Assembly (NCBI GenBank): GCA_963706595.1
Contig: OY970166.1
Location: 4,448,001 to 4,512,000 of the forward strand
Length of the DNA stretch: 64,000 nt
DNA from: an uncultured cyanobacterium
GTDB lineage: Bacteria > Cyanobacteriota > Cyanobacteriia > Cyanobacteriales > Nostocaceae
Direction: 5' to 3'
The position numbers and the translations under genes were made by a program. The notes beneath the pieces are model-generated. The model saw only the letters and a program-made list of their open reading frames with translations. It was not told the DNA's origin and made no database searches. Numbering within the stretch: the first letter of the stretch is position 1; every line of letters starts with the position of its first letter. This document shows positions 41,693-52,256 of the stretch, in pieces.

Positions 41693-42268
41693 TTATTTAA
41701 AATTTTCATAATTAATATGATCATGAAATTCCCAAAGTTCTGCTGTCTCTAAATAAGGCATTTGAATCCATTTACCTGCAATTTTTTCCCACCATCGTGG
41801 CGGATGGGGTAAGCTAGCAACTTGGATGGAAGGACAACCACAAAGCCATGCGCCGACAATATCAGTATGCAAACTATCGCCAATAACTACTACATATTTG
41901 GGTGATAGTCGCATTGAGTATATGGCTTGGCGAAATGCCGAGGGAAAGGGTTTCTTAGCCGGACTGATTGCGGGAATATTCAGTCGATGTGACCAGAATT
42001 TAACGCGATACTGACGTTTCCCATTTGAGAGCATAAACAACTTTAATCCGGCTAACTTTGCCTCGGTAATCCAATTTTCTGCTTCAGGCGATATGTAGCG
42101 ATCATCTTCGGAAATAATAGTGTTATCTAAATCTAGAATAATTCCTTTAACACCACACTTCTGAATTTGCACAATGTCGATCTGGGCTAGTTTATGGATG
42201 CGTTGTGGAAGTTTGTCGCTTCCTTTTCGCCACTTCCGCCAAAAAATTGTCAATTTTTTCATCTGCAA
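41693..42268 (-). CDS. YqeG-family HAD IIIA phosphatase
   Basis: LDLDNT, LSNG, AKKP, VIGDSLHTDIVGA. Confidence 0.88.
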   Translation of the reverse strand: MQMKKLTIFWRKWRKGSDKLPQRIHKLAQIDIVQIQKCGVKGIILDLDNTIISEDDRYISPEAENWITEAKLAGLKLFMLSNGKRQYRVKFWSHRLNIPAISPAKKPFPSAFRQAIYSMRLSPKYVVVIGDSLHTDIVGAWLCGCPSIQVASLPHPPRWWEKIAGKWIQMPYLETAELWEFHDHINYENFK

Positions 42269-42283
42269 GTTTCTGAAGATGCC

Positions 42284-43270
42284 TTACTCTATAAGACCTT
42301 GATGTTTGAACCAGAGAATGATGAAGCAAGTGATCACCCAACTCAAGACTGTCAAGAGAATAGGCAAGTCTTTTAATAAAACCTCTTCTGGTCGTTCACT
42401 ACGTCCACCTACTTCTGAAAGGCTATCGCCCTGAGTGGAAATTTCTTGGGGATCACTCAGGAGTTGATAGCGAAAAACGCCATACAAGACAAAAGGTAAA
42501 GTCATTAACATCCAAGAGGTAGATGCTCCATTCAGGGAAGGGCCAGAACTCCAAAGTGCATAGGTAACAATTGTACCAGTGGTGACTACATTTTCCATGC
42601 GATTCAGCAATGCTAGAGAGTAACGCTTGAGAACAGCACGGGTTTTGCCGCCTTTAATTTGCGCTAACCGCAGTTCGGCTTTGCGCTTTTCAATACCTAA
42701 AAACAGTGCCAGCATTGCTGTACACAGTAAAAACCAAGTTGATAAAACAATTCCTGTGGCAGCAGCGCCAGCATAGGCTCGTAGTACAAATCCGGTAGCG
42801 ATCGCACCTATATCCAAAATTGCCGTGCGCTTGAGTCGCAGATTATACAGTACCTGTAGAATTGCATAAGCAGTGATGGTTGCTCCTAATTGGGGCGATC
42901 GCCACCATGCAATCATTAAAGAACTACTGAGCAAAATCAATGCCATGCCTATGGCTACGGGAATACTGACTAAACCAGCCGCAATTGGTCGCTTACACTT
43001 GACTGGGTGCTGACGATCAGCTTCCACATCTGCGATGTCATTAATTAAGTAAAAACTACTAGATGTGTAACAAAATAAGACAAATGCTATTAAACTACCC
43101 AGTAATGACTGCAAATTGATACTAAAAGCAAATAAGGGTGCTGCAAATACCACGAGGTTTTTAGTCCATTGTCGTGGACGCAAAGCATTAATGTGGTGAA
43201 GCAACTTCTTAGAACTCTTTGCTATAGCAAGCAGTAATTTTGCAACAGGGGAAATATGCCGAGAGTTCAT
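42284..43270 (-). CDS. UbiA-family decaprenyl-phosphate phosphoribosyltransferase-like enzyme
   Basis: RPRQWTKN, YLINDIADVEADRQHPVKCKRPIAAG, GFVLRA, KRKAEL, PEEVLLKD. Confidence 0.85.
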   Translation of the reverse strand: MNSRHISPVAKLLLAIAKSSKKLLHHINALRPRQWTKNLVVFAAPLFAFSINLQSLLGSLIAFVLFCYTSSSFYLINDIADVEADRQHPVKCKRPIAAGLVSIPVAIGMALILLSSSLMIAWWRSPQLGATITAYAILQVLYNLRLKRTAILDIGAIATGFVLRAYAGAAATGIVLSTWFLLCTAMLALFLGIEKRKAELRLAQIKGGKTRAVLKRYSLALLNRMENVVTTGTIVTYALWSSGPSLNGASTSWMLMTLPFVLYGVFRYQLLSDPQEISTQGDSLSEVGGRSERPEEVLLKDLPILLTVLSWVITCFIILWFKHQGLIE

Positions 43271-43418
43271 ATAAAATTTGTCTCTCTGTGGTAAATAAAT
43301 GCCGTCAATGGATATCTGGGAAAAGTAAAAATACTGTTGCCAGTATCATAGTAATATTACTACCACAAGAAAATTCTCTGGTAACAGTAAAAAAAAACTT
43401 CACCGAATCTTTACATAA

Positions 43419-46400
43419 CTATTGCCATTGTTTAAGTTCATCGCTGATATTGCGGAGTAGGGTATTGATTTGAGTCCGGCGAGTTTCAAAGTTAGCAGCT
43501 ATGGAAATCAGTACGATACCGACTAGCAAGCCGACAATCCATTTTAAAAAGGGATAACTGAAGCTGAAAAGCACTAATTGATAGAAACTGGTAATCAAGA
43601 AAGTGGCTGTACCCAGATAAAGAAATGCCCTAGTTCGCAAAGCTAATCCGGCAAAGATGGCGATGAGGCTGAAGATTCCGGGGATGAAGGGTGTTTGTTG
43701 ATGAAACAAAATTGCCCATCCACAAATGAACCCACTGCCTAAGAGTCGTAAAGTGTGACGAGATGTTTTAGAGTTTGGTAGTCTCAACAAAGGATCTACT
43801 TGAGCAACATACAGCAGTGACAATCCGATTGTTGTCACATACCACAAAGGATCTGTGAGGCGGATGCTATCAAACCAGCGCAATAATGCCCAATCAATTA
43901 TTGCCACACTGATATATGTAAATCGAATATTGTTACCCATTTTGGCCAGGAAGATATAAAACCCAGCTGCTATGAGTAAGGCAATGGGGGAAACTTCCAG
44001 TCTGGTTTCCCATAAAATGATCAGGGGAACAATGTATGCGGCTTGTTGCCAAGGTCTTTTCGACCAACCCCAATTTTCCCAAGGTAAGATATAGAGAAAA
44101 TAGGCAATTACGCAGGCGATCGCACCATTCCAAGGCACTAAGGGACCACCTAACCACTGTCCTACGGCTGTTTCCCGCCAATACACTCGCATCGCCGCTA
44201 TCTCTAAGAATCCGAGGTAAACCCACAATTCTCCTAGAGTGATTCTGTTAAAGATGCGGGGAATTGCAGGGGTTCCCTTTCCTTGAAAGATGGCATATCG
44301 AATTAAAAATACCCCAGTGGCTAATCCTACCAAACGGTTAATGTCAATGGGAAGGGGAATCGCCGCCATTAATAAGCCACTACTCCAAAACCAGTGGAGA
44401 TGAGAGATACCTTTGAGTTCTTGGGGAGTCAGACGTAAGTAGCCAACAATCCAAGGGGTGAGAATGCGATAAGCATACATGATGCTCGTCCCCAGGGCAG
44501 ACATAGCAATTAAGCCATCGCCGAATGCGCCTCCCGTGGTTTGGGACATTTGATAAAACAGCAGTTCATAAGCGGAAATTGATATGCCAATGATGCCTAA
44601 ATATAACAGAGGTTTGAAAGCGGCATTTCTTCGCCCCACGCCAATGAGAATCAACGCTACACCCAAGGACAATAAACCAGTCCAATCGCTAAAGGTGTCT
44701 AAACGCAGCAGTACACTAAATCCGCCATAGATTAAGGGTAAAATATGCAAGCTAGTGGGGATTCTCTCTAATTCGTGTTTGCGTCGCCACCACTCTCCTA
44801 ACAGTTGGGCGAATAAACCCAAGGCGATGTTAGCAATTGCAATCCTGATTAATGAATGTTCTCCAAAAGCCAAGATTTCCGCAATGATTAATTCCACACA
44901 CCAACCGATACCGTAAAATGCCCAATTTGTGGGAGACTGCCAACTACGATAAACAATTGCCCCTAATGTGATAGTGGTGGCTGTTAAAAATAATGTTCCT
45001 GGGGTAAATAGCCCTAAATATACTAAACCTGAGTGTAGAGTCATCGTCAATAATTCGATGCCACATAATACACTCGCCCAGCCATCACAAGCTGCTGCAT
45101 ATATAGTTGCTAATTCGTTACCGCGTCGGTTGAGGGCTGTTCTGGCTAACCATAAACTGAGGATGGCGATCGCCCCAACCACAAACCACGCAGTTATACT
45201 AAGTTCAGGTATACTCTGCCACAGCAACGCCCCGGTTAAACTCAAGCCAAAACCAACTGTAATTATCGCCGTGGCTTTGTCTCTTAAATACCAAGTATTG
45301 GCAAACATTACAGCCGTAGCCACACCCAGACTAATTAATCTGGTTCCTGGCAGTGTTAAAGTTAATAGCTGATTGATACTGATAGCGACAATACTTAATA
45401 CAGTATTTGCCCTGCGCCGTTGTCCAGTGGTACGACTAGCTAAAGCTGTGAGACTTACAGGGGTAATTAGCCATAACCATCCCCAAGGATATTGGTTAAG
45501 AACTAGGTTATATCCAGTTTGTACATCACTTACCCACAGGAGACTAAAACTCACTACGGCAAGTCCTATGCCGATGTACCATGCACTACGTTGCCATAAG
45601 CCTGCGCCCAGACTAAATACCCATTCTGCGACCATCACAGCGAGTAAAATACTTACCCAGATGTGTATAGCTAGATTTGGTAATAGCCAATGAATACTGG
45701 CACACAGTGTCAGCACTCCCATGATGTGAGTCAGATATACCAAGGGAATGGTGACGGAAGAACGGCGTTTGGTGACGACTGCGAGAGTGATGGTAGAAAA
45801 GAGGAAATTGAGCGATCGCACTGTCGGATTTACAGTACCAATGGTGGTTAAAAAAGTCCCAAATAACAGCGTCAGCAGTTCACCAAATTTAGCTAATTCT
45901 GGCTTTTGGGCGCGATTTAGCTTTTCAGTAATTACCACCATGAATATTAAATAAGGGAATAAAGCGACACTTAATAATGCCCAGGGTTCATTGACAGCGT
46001 TAGTGAGTTGCAATCCAATGGCGATCGCTCTTTGTTGTATATCTCAAAGGTACTAACCGCCAACCCAGCCAAACTGCTTGTAAACCAATGGTAAAAAATG
46101 TTGCCAAGTCAATGAGGAAAGAATATCTTTGTAAGCGATTACCTACGTACCACAAAGCCAATCCACTCACGACTATGGCTTGTGCTGGTTGATCAAATAC
46201 TGCAACTAGCCAACCGAGGAATAGTAAAATACCTCCCAGGCGTTGCCAGATGGATGAAGAATCTCGGTTTTGTGCTAACCAAGTTGCCAACCAGCCGCAA
46301 ATCCCAATGGCTAAACCTAACTGAGTGACATTTACGCCATTGACAAAAATTGCTCGGATTAATAGAACTACTAACGCATAAATAATTACAGCAGCGAATA

Positions 46401-47284
46401 AGTTTATACCTAATTGATTCGGTTCGGAACGGGGATTTTCTGCGGTAATGGGGCAGCGGCTGTTGGTAGCGATTGTGAGAAATAGTAATGATAGTTGTAC
46501 CTACCATAGCCACGTAAATGGCAATGACGGGAAAGTTGGATAATTGCCAACCCCAATGCAAATAACTTAACCCCAAAACATTGACTAGAGGTAATTTCCC
46601 GGTGGGTAGGTTATTAAAAACGCTGCGATTTTTACAGAGGAGAATGGTAATAAATGTTAGAGTAGGACAGGCGATCGCCACTGTCAACCAGTCCAAAGGA
46701 TTTTGCCACAATTTGAAGCTATCCATTGCCCAAAAGTTCACCGGGATTAATAAAAGGGTGACAATCAGCAACGTCTGAGCTGTTAACCTGAGATTATCTT
46801 GTCTTCCCGCCCAAAAGCTAAATCCCCAGAAACTTAAGGTATACAGGAATAAAACACCATACTGTCCAGAAGCCGGAAACCTTTCCCACTGACTAGCAGC
46901 GAGTACGCCAGAGGAAACCACAACCAGAAATAAACCTAAAAACAGTAGCCAACGCACACTCAATTCCGCCCCCAGGGACTGCAACATTGAGGTGAGGAAG
47001 CTGGGTTCTGGTGGTGGTTTGGGTGTTTGTCTGCGGCTACTAGATGCTAAAGCTGCTACAGGCAAAGATTTTACAGGGTCAGAAACCGTGATAGATACCC
47101 TTTCTGGTTGAGTTACAGGTTCTAAGATGACTGGACAGACAAGAAACTGTCGGCATAGTTGCCTAACTTGGATATCGGATATTAAACCCAAACGCAACCA
47201 TATATCTAATCCTGCTAGTAATTGCGGGTGGGAGGATGATAAACTGAGTTCAATTTTTAAAGGTTGGTCAAATGGATATGGCAT
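43419..47284 (-). CDS. Large polytopic membrane protein (DUF2157-like), split by two single-base frameshifts
   Basis: Three overlapping ORFs join if one base is removed at about 46451 (G4 run) and one at about 46045. N-terminal motif ELSVRWLLFLGLFLVVVSSG. Confidence 0.75.
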
Positions 47285-47391
47285 AAGCCGTAATCGTATC
47301 GGTAGATACTTATATCATTATTCGTGAAGAGTGGATTTATGCGATCGCTATGCCACTTATTTTTGTTGACCACGATCATTTATTCTGTGAT

Positions 47392-47643
47392 TTCTGCGTC
47401 AACCTGTAGGTGTTTTTTTCGGGATACCATTTTTTTCGGCTGAACCTCTTACCCTGACTAGGTTTCAGGCTCTGAATCGAGGAAGGAGGTTGACGCAAAT
47501 CCTCAAACCTTTACCAGTCAGGCTTTTTCGGTGTTTTTTAATTTCACCATCTTGACAACTTGGTTCTGAAACGGTACTTTTAGATCAGGTTGACGGAACT
47601 GAACCTTGAAAACCAAATATATCAATGCTTCCAGCACCGAGCT
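47392..47643 (+). promoter_or_regulatory. CRISPR leader with promoter
   Basis: TTGACA (47552-47557), 17 nt, TACTTT (47575-47580), plus the inverted repeat TGCGTCAACCT/AGGTTGACGCA. Confidence 0.75.
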
Positions 47644-48988
47644 ATTGCAATTAAAACTAATCCCTATCAGGGATTGAAACAAGGACAACACTACTAAATA
47701 AAATTTGCAACATTGATTGCAATTAAAACTAATCCCTATCAGGGATTGAAACATCGATATTGAATTTAAGCGACTATTCCCAGAAGATTGCAATTAAAAC
47801 TAATCCCTATCAGGGATTGAAACCTTACACAACAATGGGCATCACAATTGATGCCCATAATTGCAATTAAAACTAATCCCTATCAGGGATTGAAACAGAG
47901 CATGAAGATGATGAAAATTGCTTTGGTGAAGATTGCAATTAAAACTAATCCCTATCAGGGATTGAAACTTATTTTTGCTCAACCAGTGACTGAGCAAACC
48001 TGAGATTGCAATTAAAACTAATCCCTATCAGGGATTGAAACATGGCATCCTAATTTTAAAGTGACTTTAATAATGAAATTGCAATTAAAACTAATCCCTA
48101 TCAGGGATTGAAACACAAACCTAAAGGCGCTGGAATTAAAGATTAACGATTGCAATTAAAACTAATCCCTATCAGGGATTGAAACAGCCTCTACCTTTAA
48201 AATGTAACTGTGATCATTCGCCTGAAGCTGTCCCAGATTGCAATTAAAACTAATCCCTATCAGGGATTGAAACTATCTGTGCAAGCGATCGCGCTTTGTC
48301 TCTACGCATTGCAATTAAAACTAATCCCTATCAGGGATTGAAACTTTTATTGCTTGGGCTGCTGGATTCCAATGTATTGCAATTAAAACTAATCCCTATC
48401 AGGGATTGAAACGCTGTTTTCCTTGCTACTAAGCTCAGTAGAAATATATTGCAATTAAAACTAATCCCTATCAGGGATTGAAACAGGGGAGAAATAACTT
48501 TCCACATAATGAATAAGAATTGCAATTAAAACTAATCCCTATCAGGGATTGAAACCGGGGAATACTTCCTTGACGACCTCAATAACCCCAATTGCAATTA
48601 AAACTAATCCCTATCAGGGATTGAAACAGCCGGGATGGCTTGCTCATCTGCTTGAAGTAAATGATTGCAATTAAAACTAATCCCTATCAGGGATTGAAAC
48701 GGCAGACAAAAATTTAATTCCTTATTTAAAGCTCTATTGCAATTAAAACTAATCCCTATCAGGGATTGAAACTCTTGTGGTTTGAATTTAGCTATCGGGG
48801 ATTCCTTATTGCAATTAAAACTAATCCCTATCAGGGATTGAAACTCCAGAAATACCAGTGATAGTTAGTGTGTATGTATATTGCAATTAAAACTAATCCC
48901 TATCAGGGATTGAAACATCTTAATGAAAACACTAATTTTGTCATAAGAAAAATTGCAATTAAAACTAATCCCTATCAGGGATTGAAAC
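47644..48988 (+). CRISPR. CRISPR array, 19 identical 37-nt repeats and 18 spacers, no cas genes in the window
   Basis: Repeat ATTGCAATTAAAACTAATCCCTATCAGGGATTGAAAC, with an AATCCC/GGGATT stem and the 3' ATTGAAAC handle typical of class 1 cyanobacterial arrays. Confidence 0.97.
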
Positions 48989-49006
48989 ATGGGAAACTTT
49001 TTCACG

Positions 49007-49330
49007 TATAGGAATCCGATTTGATTATTGAAAAAATCTAAGTATATGTAGGGTGTGTTATGGCTTTAGCCTAACGCACCGTTCTCCAGGTCTTGGTGCG
49101 TTACACTTCGTGATAACACACCCTACGAAATATGTGCTTTTTAGTGTTATACACATTTGAGATTTATTATCAATGCGTAAGTCCTAACTAAGTAAGTCGG
49201 CGTAAATAATCAAAGGTTTGTAGTCAGGACTTTAGTCCTGAATTAAGGGCTGAGAGCAATTACTACGAGCTAAATAACAATAATTTTATATTGCTTCACA
49301 TAATTAGGTTTATTCTCGCCAACTTACTTA
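49007..49330. mobile_element. Cluster of MITE/REP elements at the array trailer
   Basis: MITE-like end at 49007, REP doublet 49048-49126, TGCGTAAGTCCT end, and a TIR element at 49189-49330 (TAAGTAAGTCGGCG...CGCCAACTTACTTA). Confidence 0.6.
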
Positions 49331-49374
49331 ATGCCTATCAGAATTTTACCTACAAAGCTAGTAAAAAGATTGAA

Positions 49375-50823
49375 TTAAGAATCAGAACTAATCAAAGCTT
49401 TTTGCTGTTGATACATCTGCTTAAATAAAGCTTGCTGCACTTTATGATCTACAATCGGTGCAGGATAGTCAATACCTTGAAGCTCCAAAGGTGGAATTTT
49501 ACCAGTTACTAAATATTGTGTATCTACAGAGCGCAATTCTGATACCCATTGACGAATATATTCCGCCTCACCATCGAATTTTTGGGCTTGACTAGCAGGG
49601 TTAAAAATCCTTAACGGTTTCGGGTCCATTCCACTAGAAGCACTCCATTGCCAACCGCCATTATTAGCAGATAAATCACCGTCGATGAGTTTCTGCATAA
49701 AATATTTTTCTCCCAATTGGGGATTGATGATTAAATCTTTAGTTAAAAAACTCGCCACAATCATTCGACAACGGTTGTGCATCCAACCCATTTCATTTAA
49801 CTGGCGCATTGCCGCATCTACAATGGGATAACCAGTTCTCCCCTCGCACCAAGCCTGAAAATGTTCTGGGTTATTTTGCCAAGGAAAGTTTTTGAAGGTG
49901 TCGCGATAAGCACCCTCAGCTAATTCCGGGAAATTATACATGGCGTGTTGATAAAACTCCCGCCAAGCTAATTCCTGTTGCCATGTGCGGATACTAGCTG
50001 CTGTTTCTTCGCTGCGGCTAAATTCTTGCGCTTCTAAAGTAGCTTCCCACACCTTACGAATGCCAATAACACCAAATTTCAAAGCTGCACTCAATCTTGA
50101 TGTGCCATCAACGCCGGGAAAGTTACGCTGTTCTTGGTATTCAGTAATTGCACTGTGAGTAAATTCCTCTAATCTTTCTTGGGCTGCGGCTTCTCCTGGT
50201 GAAATGCTTAATTCTCCATCCCAGATAAATCCTAAGTCTTTAGCTGAAGGTAATGCAATGACTCCCGCTTGTTGGGCTATTTCCTGTTCAGCCTCTGTTA
50301 AACCTACGGCATTTTGCAGTGTTTCTACTGGTTTGGCTTTGGGTTTGCTACTCCAATTTTTCCAGAAAGGTCCGTAAACAGTGTAAGGACTTTTAGTACC
50401 TGTACGAATCTCCTCTGGTGAGTGGAGAATCTGATCCCAATTTTCGTGCAGAAATTCAATGCTGTTTAATTTTAGGATATCAATTATCGTGCGATCGCGC
50501 GTCTGAGAATAGGGTTCTACATCCCAGTTCCAAAATACAGCTTTGGCATTTAAAGCCCTTGCTAAAGCTGGTATAACTTGCACAGGATTGCCATGTAGGA
50601 TTAACAATTGGCTACCAACTTGTGCATATCGCTGTTGTAGTGCTTGTAAACAGCCAATCATGTACGTAACTCTCGCCGGGGCGACATCATCCCGTGACAG
50701 AATTTGAGTATCAAGGCAAAATACACCCACTACTTTTGCACTCCGCCCTCTAGCCGCAGCTAGTCCTGTATTATCAGAAATACGTAAATCACGACGATGC
50801 CAAAACAAAATTAAGTCAGACAT
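49375..50823 (-). CDS. phrA: Deoxyribodipyrimidine photolyase (class I CPD)
   Basis: [59 protein letters not shown]. Confidence 0.92.
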   Translation of the reverse strand: MSDLILFWHRRDLRISDNTGLAAARGRSAKVVGVFCLDTQILSRDDVAPARVTYMIGCLQALQQRYAQVGSQLLILHGNPVQVIPALARALNAKAVFWNWDVEPYSQTRDRTIIDILKLNSIEFLHENWDQILHSPEEIRTGTKSPYTVYGPFWKNWSSKPKAKPVETLQNAVGLTEAEQEIAQQAGVIALPSAKDLGFIWDGELSISPGEAAAQERLEEFTHSAITEYQEQRNFPGVDGTSRLSAALKFGVIGIRKVWEATLEAQEFSRSEETAASIRTWQQELAWREFYQHAMYNFPELAEGAYRDTFKNFPWQNNPEHFQAWCEGRTGYPIVDAAMRQLNEMGWMHNRCRMIVASFLTKDLIINPQLGEKYFMQKLIDGDLSANNGGWQWSASSGMDPKPLRIFNPASQAQKFDGEAEYIRQWVSELRSVDTQYLVTGKIPPLELQGIDYPAPIVDHKVQQALFKQMYQQQKALISSDS

Positions 50824-51050
50824 TCCACACCCATTATAGTTCCCTTGTACTAGTTTAGTCCTTGATGATACCCTTGAGCATCATTCTGATCATAAAGAAT
50901 GTAGGGCAAAGTCTCTACAAGGGTTTTGGAAAAACCAGATGTAAAATGTGAGCAATCCATAATCTCCGGTGAGCCTATCGGGATTGTGGCTTATTGAGTT
51001 AAAGTTAAGATACTCCTTTTAATCGACAATAGTTAATTAGTATTTTTGTC

Positions 51051-51605
51051 ATGCCCACCCTATTACTAGACGACGGCACAATCAAGCTAAATTTAGATGA
51101 AATAGTCCGAGAACTCGCGCCTCTTGACATTCGCCTAAAACATTATGACCCAGGAACATCAATGCTTTTCTCCCATCTTCTAGAACAGGATGTTTTGACT
51201 GATTTAGACGAACAGCAGATAATAGGACTGCATAACGGCGTTTTTGAATTTATTCAGCAAGAAAATGGCTATCTGTGGTCTGATTTGCTAAATCTACATC
51301 CTGGTTTACCAAATTTGCCAAATTTGATTGCTACTTACAGCCGTTACCATCATCATACTGCTCCTGAAGCCCTCTACGTATTGGCAGGAGAAATGATTTT
51401 TGGTTTTGTCAAACCCGATGGTCATCAGGTACAGCTGTTAATTCAACCCCAAGACTATATCCACATTCCCGCAGGTGTGGAACATTGGTGTAGTCCTACG
51501 GCATTGTTACATTTTAAAGCGGTACGATACTTTACAACTGTAGAAGGATGGGTTCCTAACTATACAGGAACTGAGTTAAGTGATTCTCTCCATAAGCCGT
51601 ATTAA
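51051..51605 (+). CDS. Acireductone dioxygenase-like cupin
   Basis: HHHTAPE...G..IFGF, IHIPAGVEHW, AVRYFTTVEGWVP. Confidence 0.78.
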   Translation: MPTLLLDDGTIKLNLDEIVRELAPLDIRLKHYDPGTSMLFSHLLEQDVLTDLDEQQIIGLHNGVFEFIQQENGYLWSDLLNLHPGLPNLPNLIATYSRYHHHTAPEALYVLAGEMIFGFVKPDGHQVQLLIQPQDYIHIPAGVEHWCSPTALLHFKAVRYFTTVEGWVPNYTGTELSDSLHKPY

Positions 51606-51680
51606 GACTTTCAGCACTCAGTCAAAAACATTTGTAAGAGTGCAAATTTTTGCACCCTTACCCATTAGGTTGTAGTGCTA

Positions 51681-52196
51681 TTACTTACGCACCACGACTA
51701 AAGTCCCAGTTGAAGCCCAGTTATACAGTTGACGAGCTTGGGGAACTGGCAAATTTGTACAACCACGGCTAACTGGAGTCCCAAAATTGTTATGCCAGTA
51801 AGCACCATGAATGGCATAGCCGCCATGATAATACATAGCATAGGGGACATCAGGAATATCGTAGCCCCTGCCTCGCATTCGGTTAACACGATGCTTCGAT
51901 TTAATTCGATAAGTACCTGTAGGAGTGGGGGTAGAACGCTTTCCTGTGGAAACTCGGAATGAATACACGAGTTTCTTACCTTCCCAGGCGCGTAGACGTT
52001 GCTGGGATAAGCTAATTTCAATCCGGCGAGGTTTAGAGTTGCGTTGCGCTATGGTGAAACTATTGTTGGGCGGTGAGGCGTTCACCATAGCAGAGTTTGA
52101 GTTACCTGTGGTTGATGGTGGACAGGAAACCAAAGTAGCGATCGTCAATACTACACCTGTGCAGAAAGTTCCTGTTGAACGTATCCACCTTTGCAT
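51681..52196 (-). CDS. L,D-transpeptidase (YkuD family)
   Basis: [36 protein letters not shown]. Confidence 0.9.
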   Translation of the reverse strand: MQRWIRSTGTFCTGVVLTIATLVSCPPSTTGNSNSAMVNASPPNNSFTIAQRNSKPRRIEISLSQQRLRAWEGKKLVYSFRVSTGKRSTPTPTGTYRIKSKHRVNRMRGRGYDIPDVPYAMYYHGGYAIHGAYWHNNFGTPVSRGCTNLPVPQARQLYNWASTGTLVVVRK

Positions 52197-52256
52197 ATTG
52201 CATTACCTTATATATTTGGTTTGCTAGTTTCGGCAAAAATGAGCTTCTTCTACCGT

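Noticed and set aside
47518..48525. ORFs 47518..47793 and 48331..48525
   Set aside because: They are translations of CRISPR repeats and spacers (repeated FQSLIGISFNCN).
47681..48951. Spacers targeting the DGR, the IS or other sequence in this window
   Set aside because: No match was noticed by eye; this is not exhaustive and needs an alignment search.
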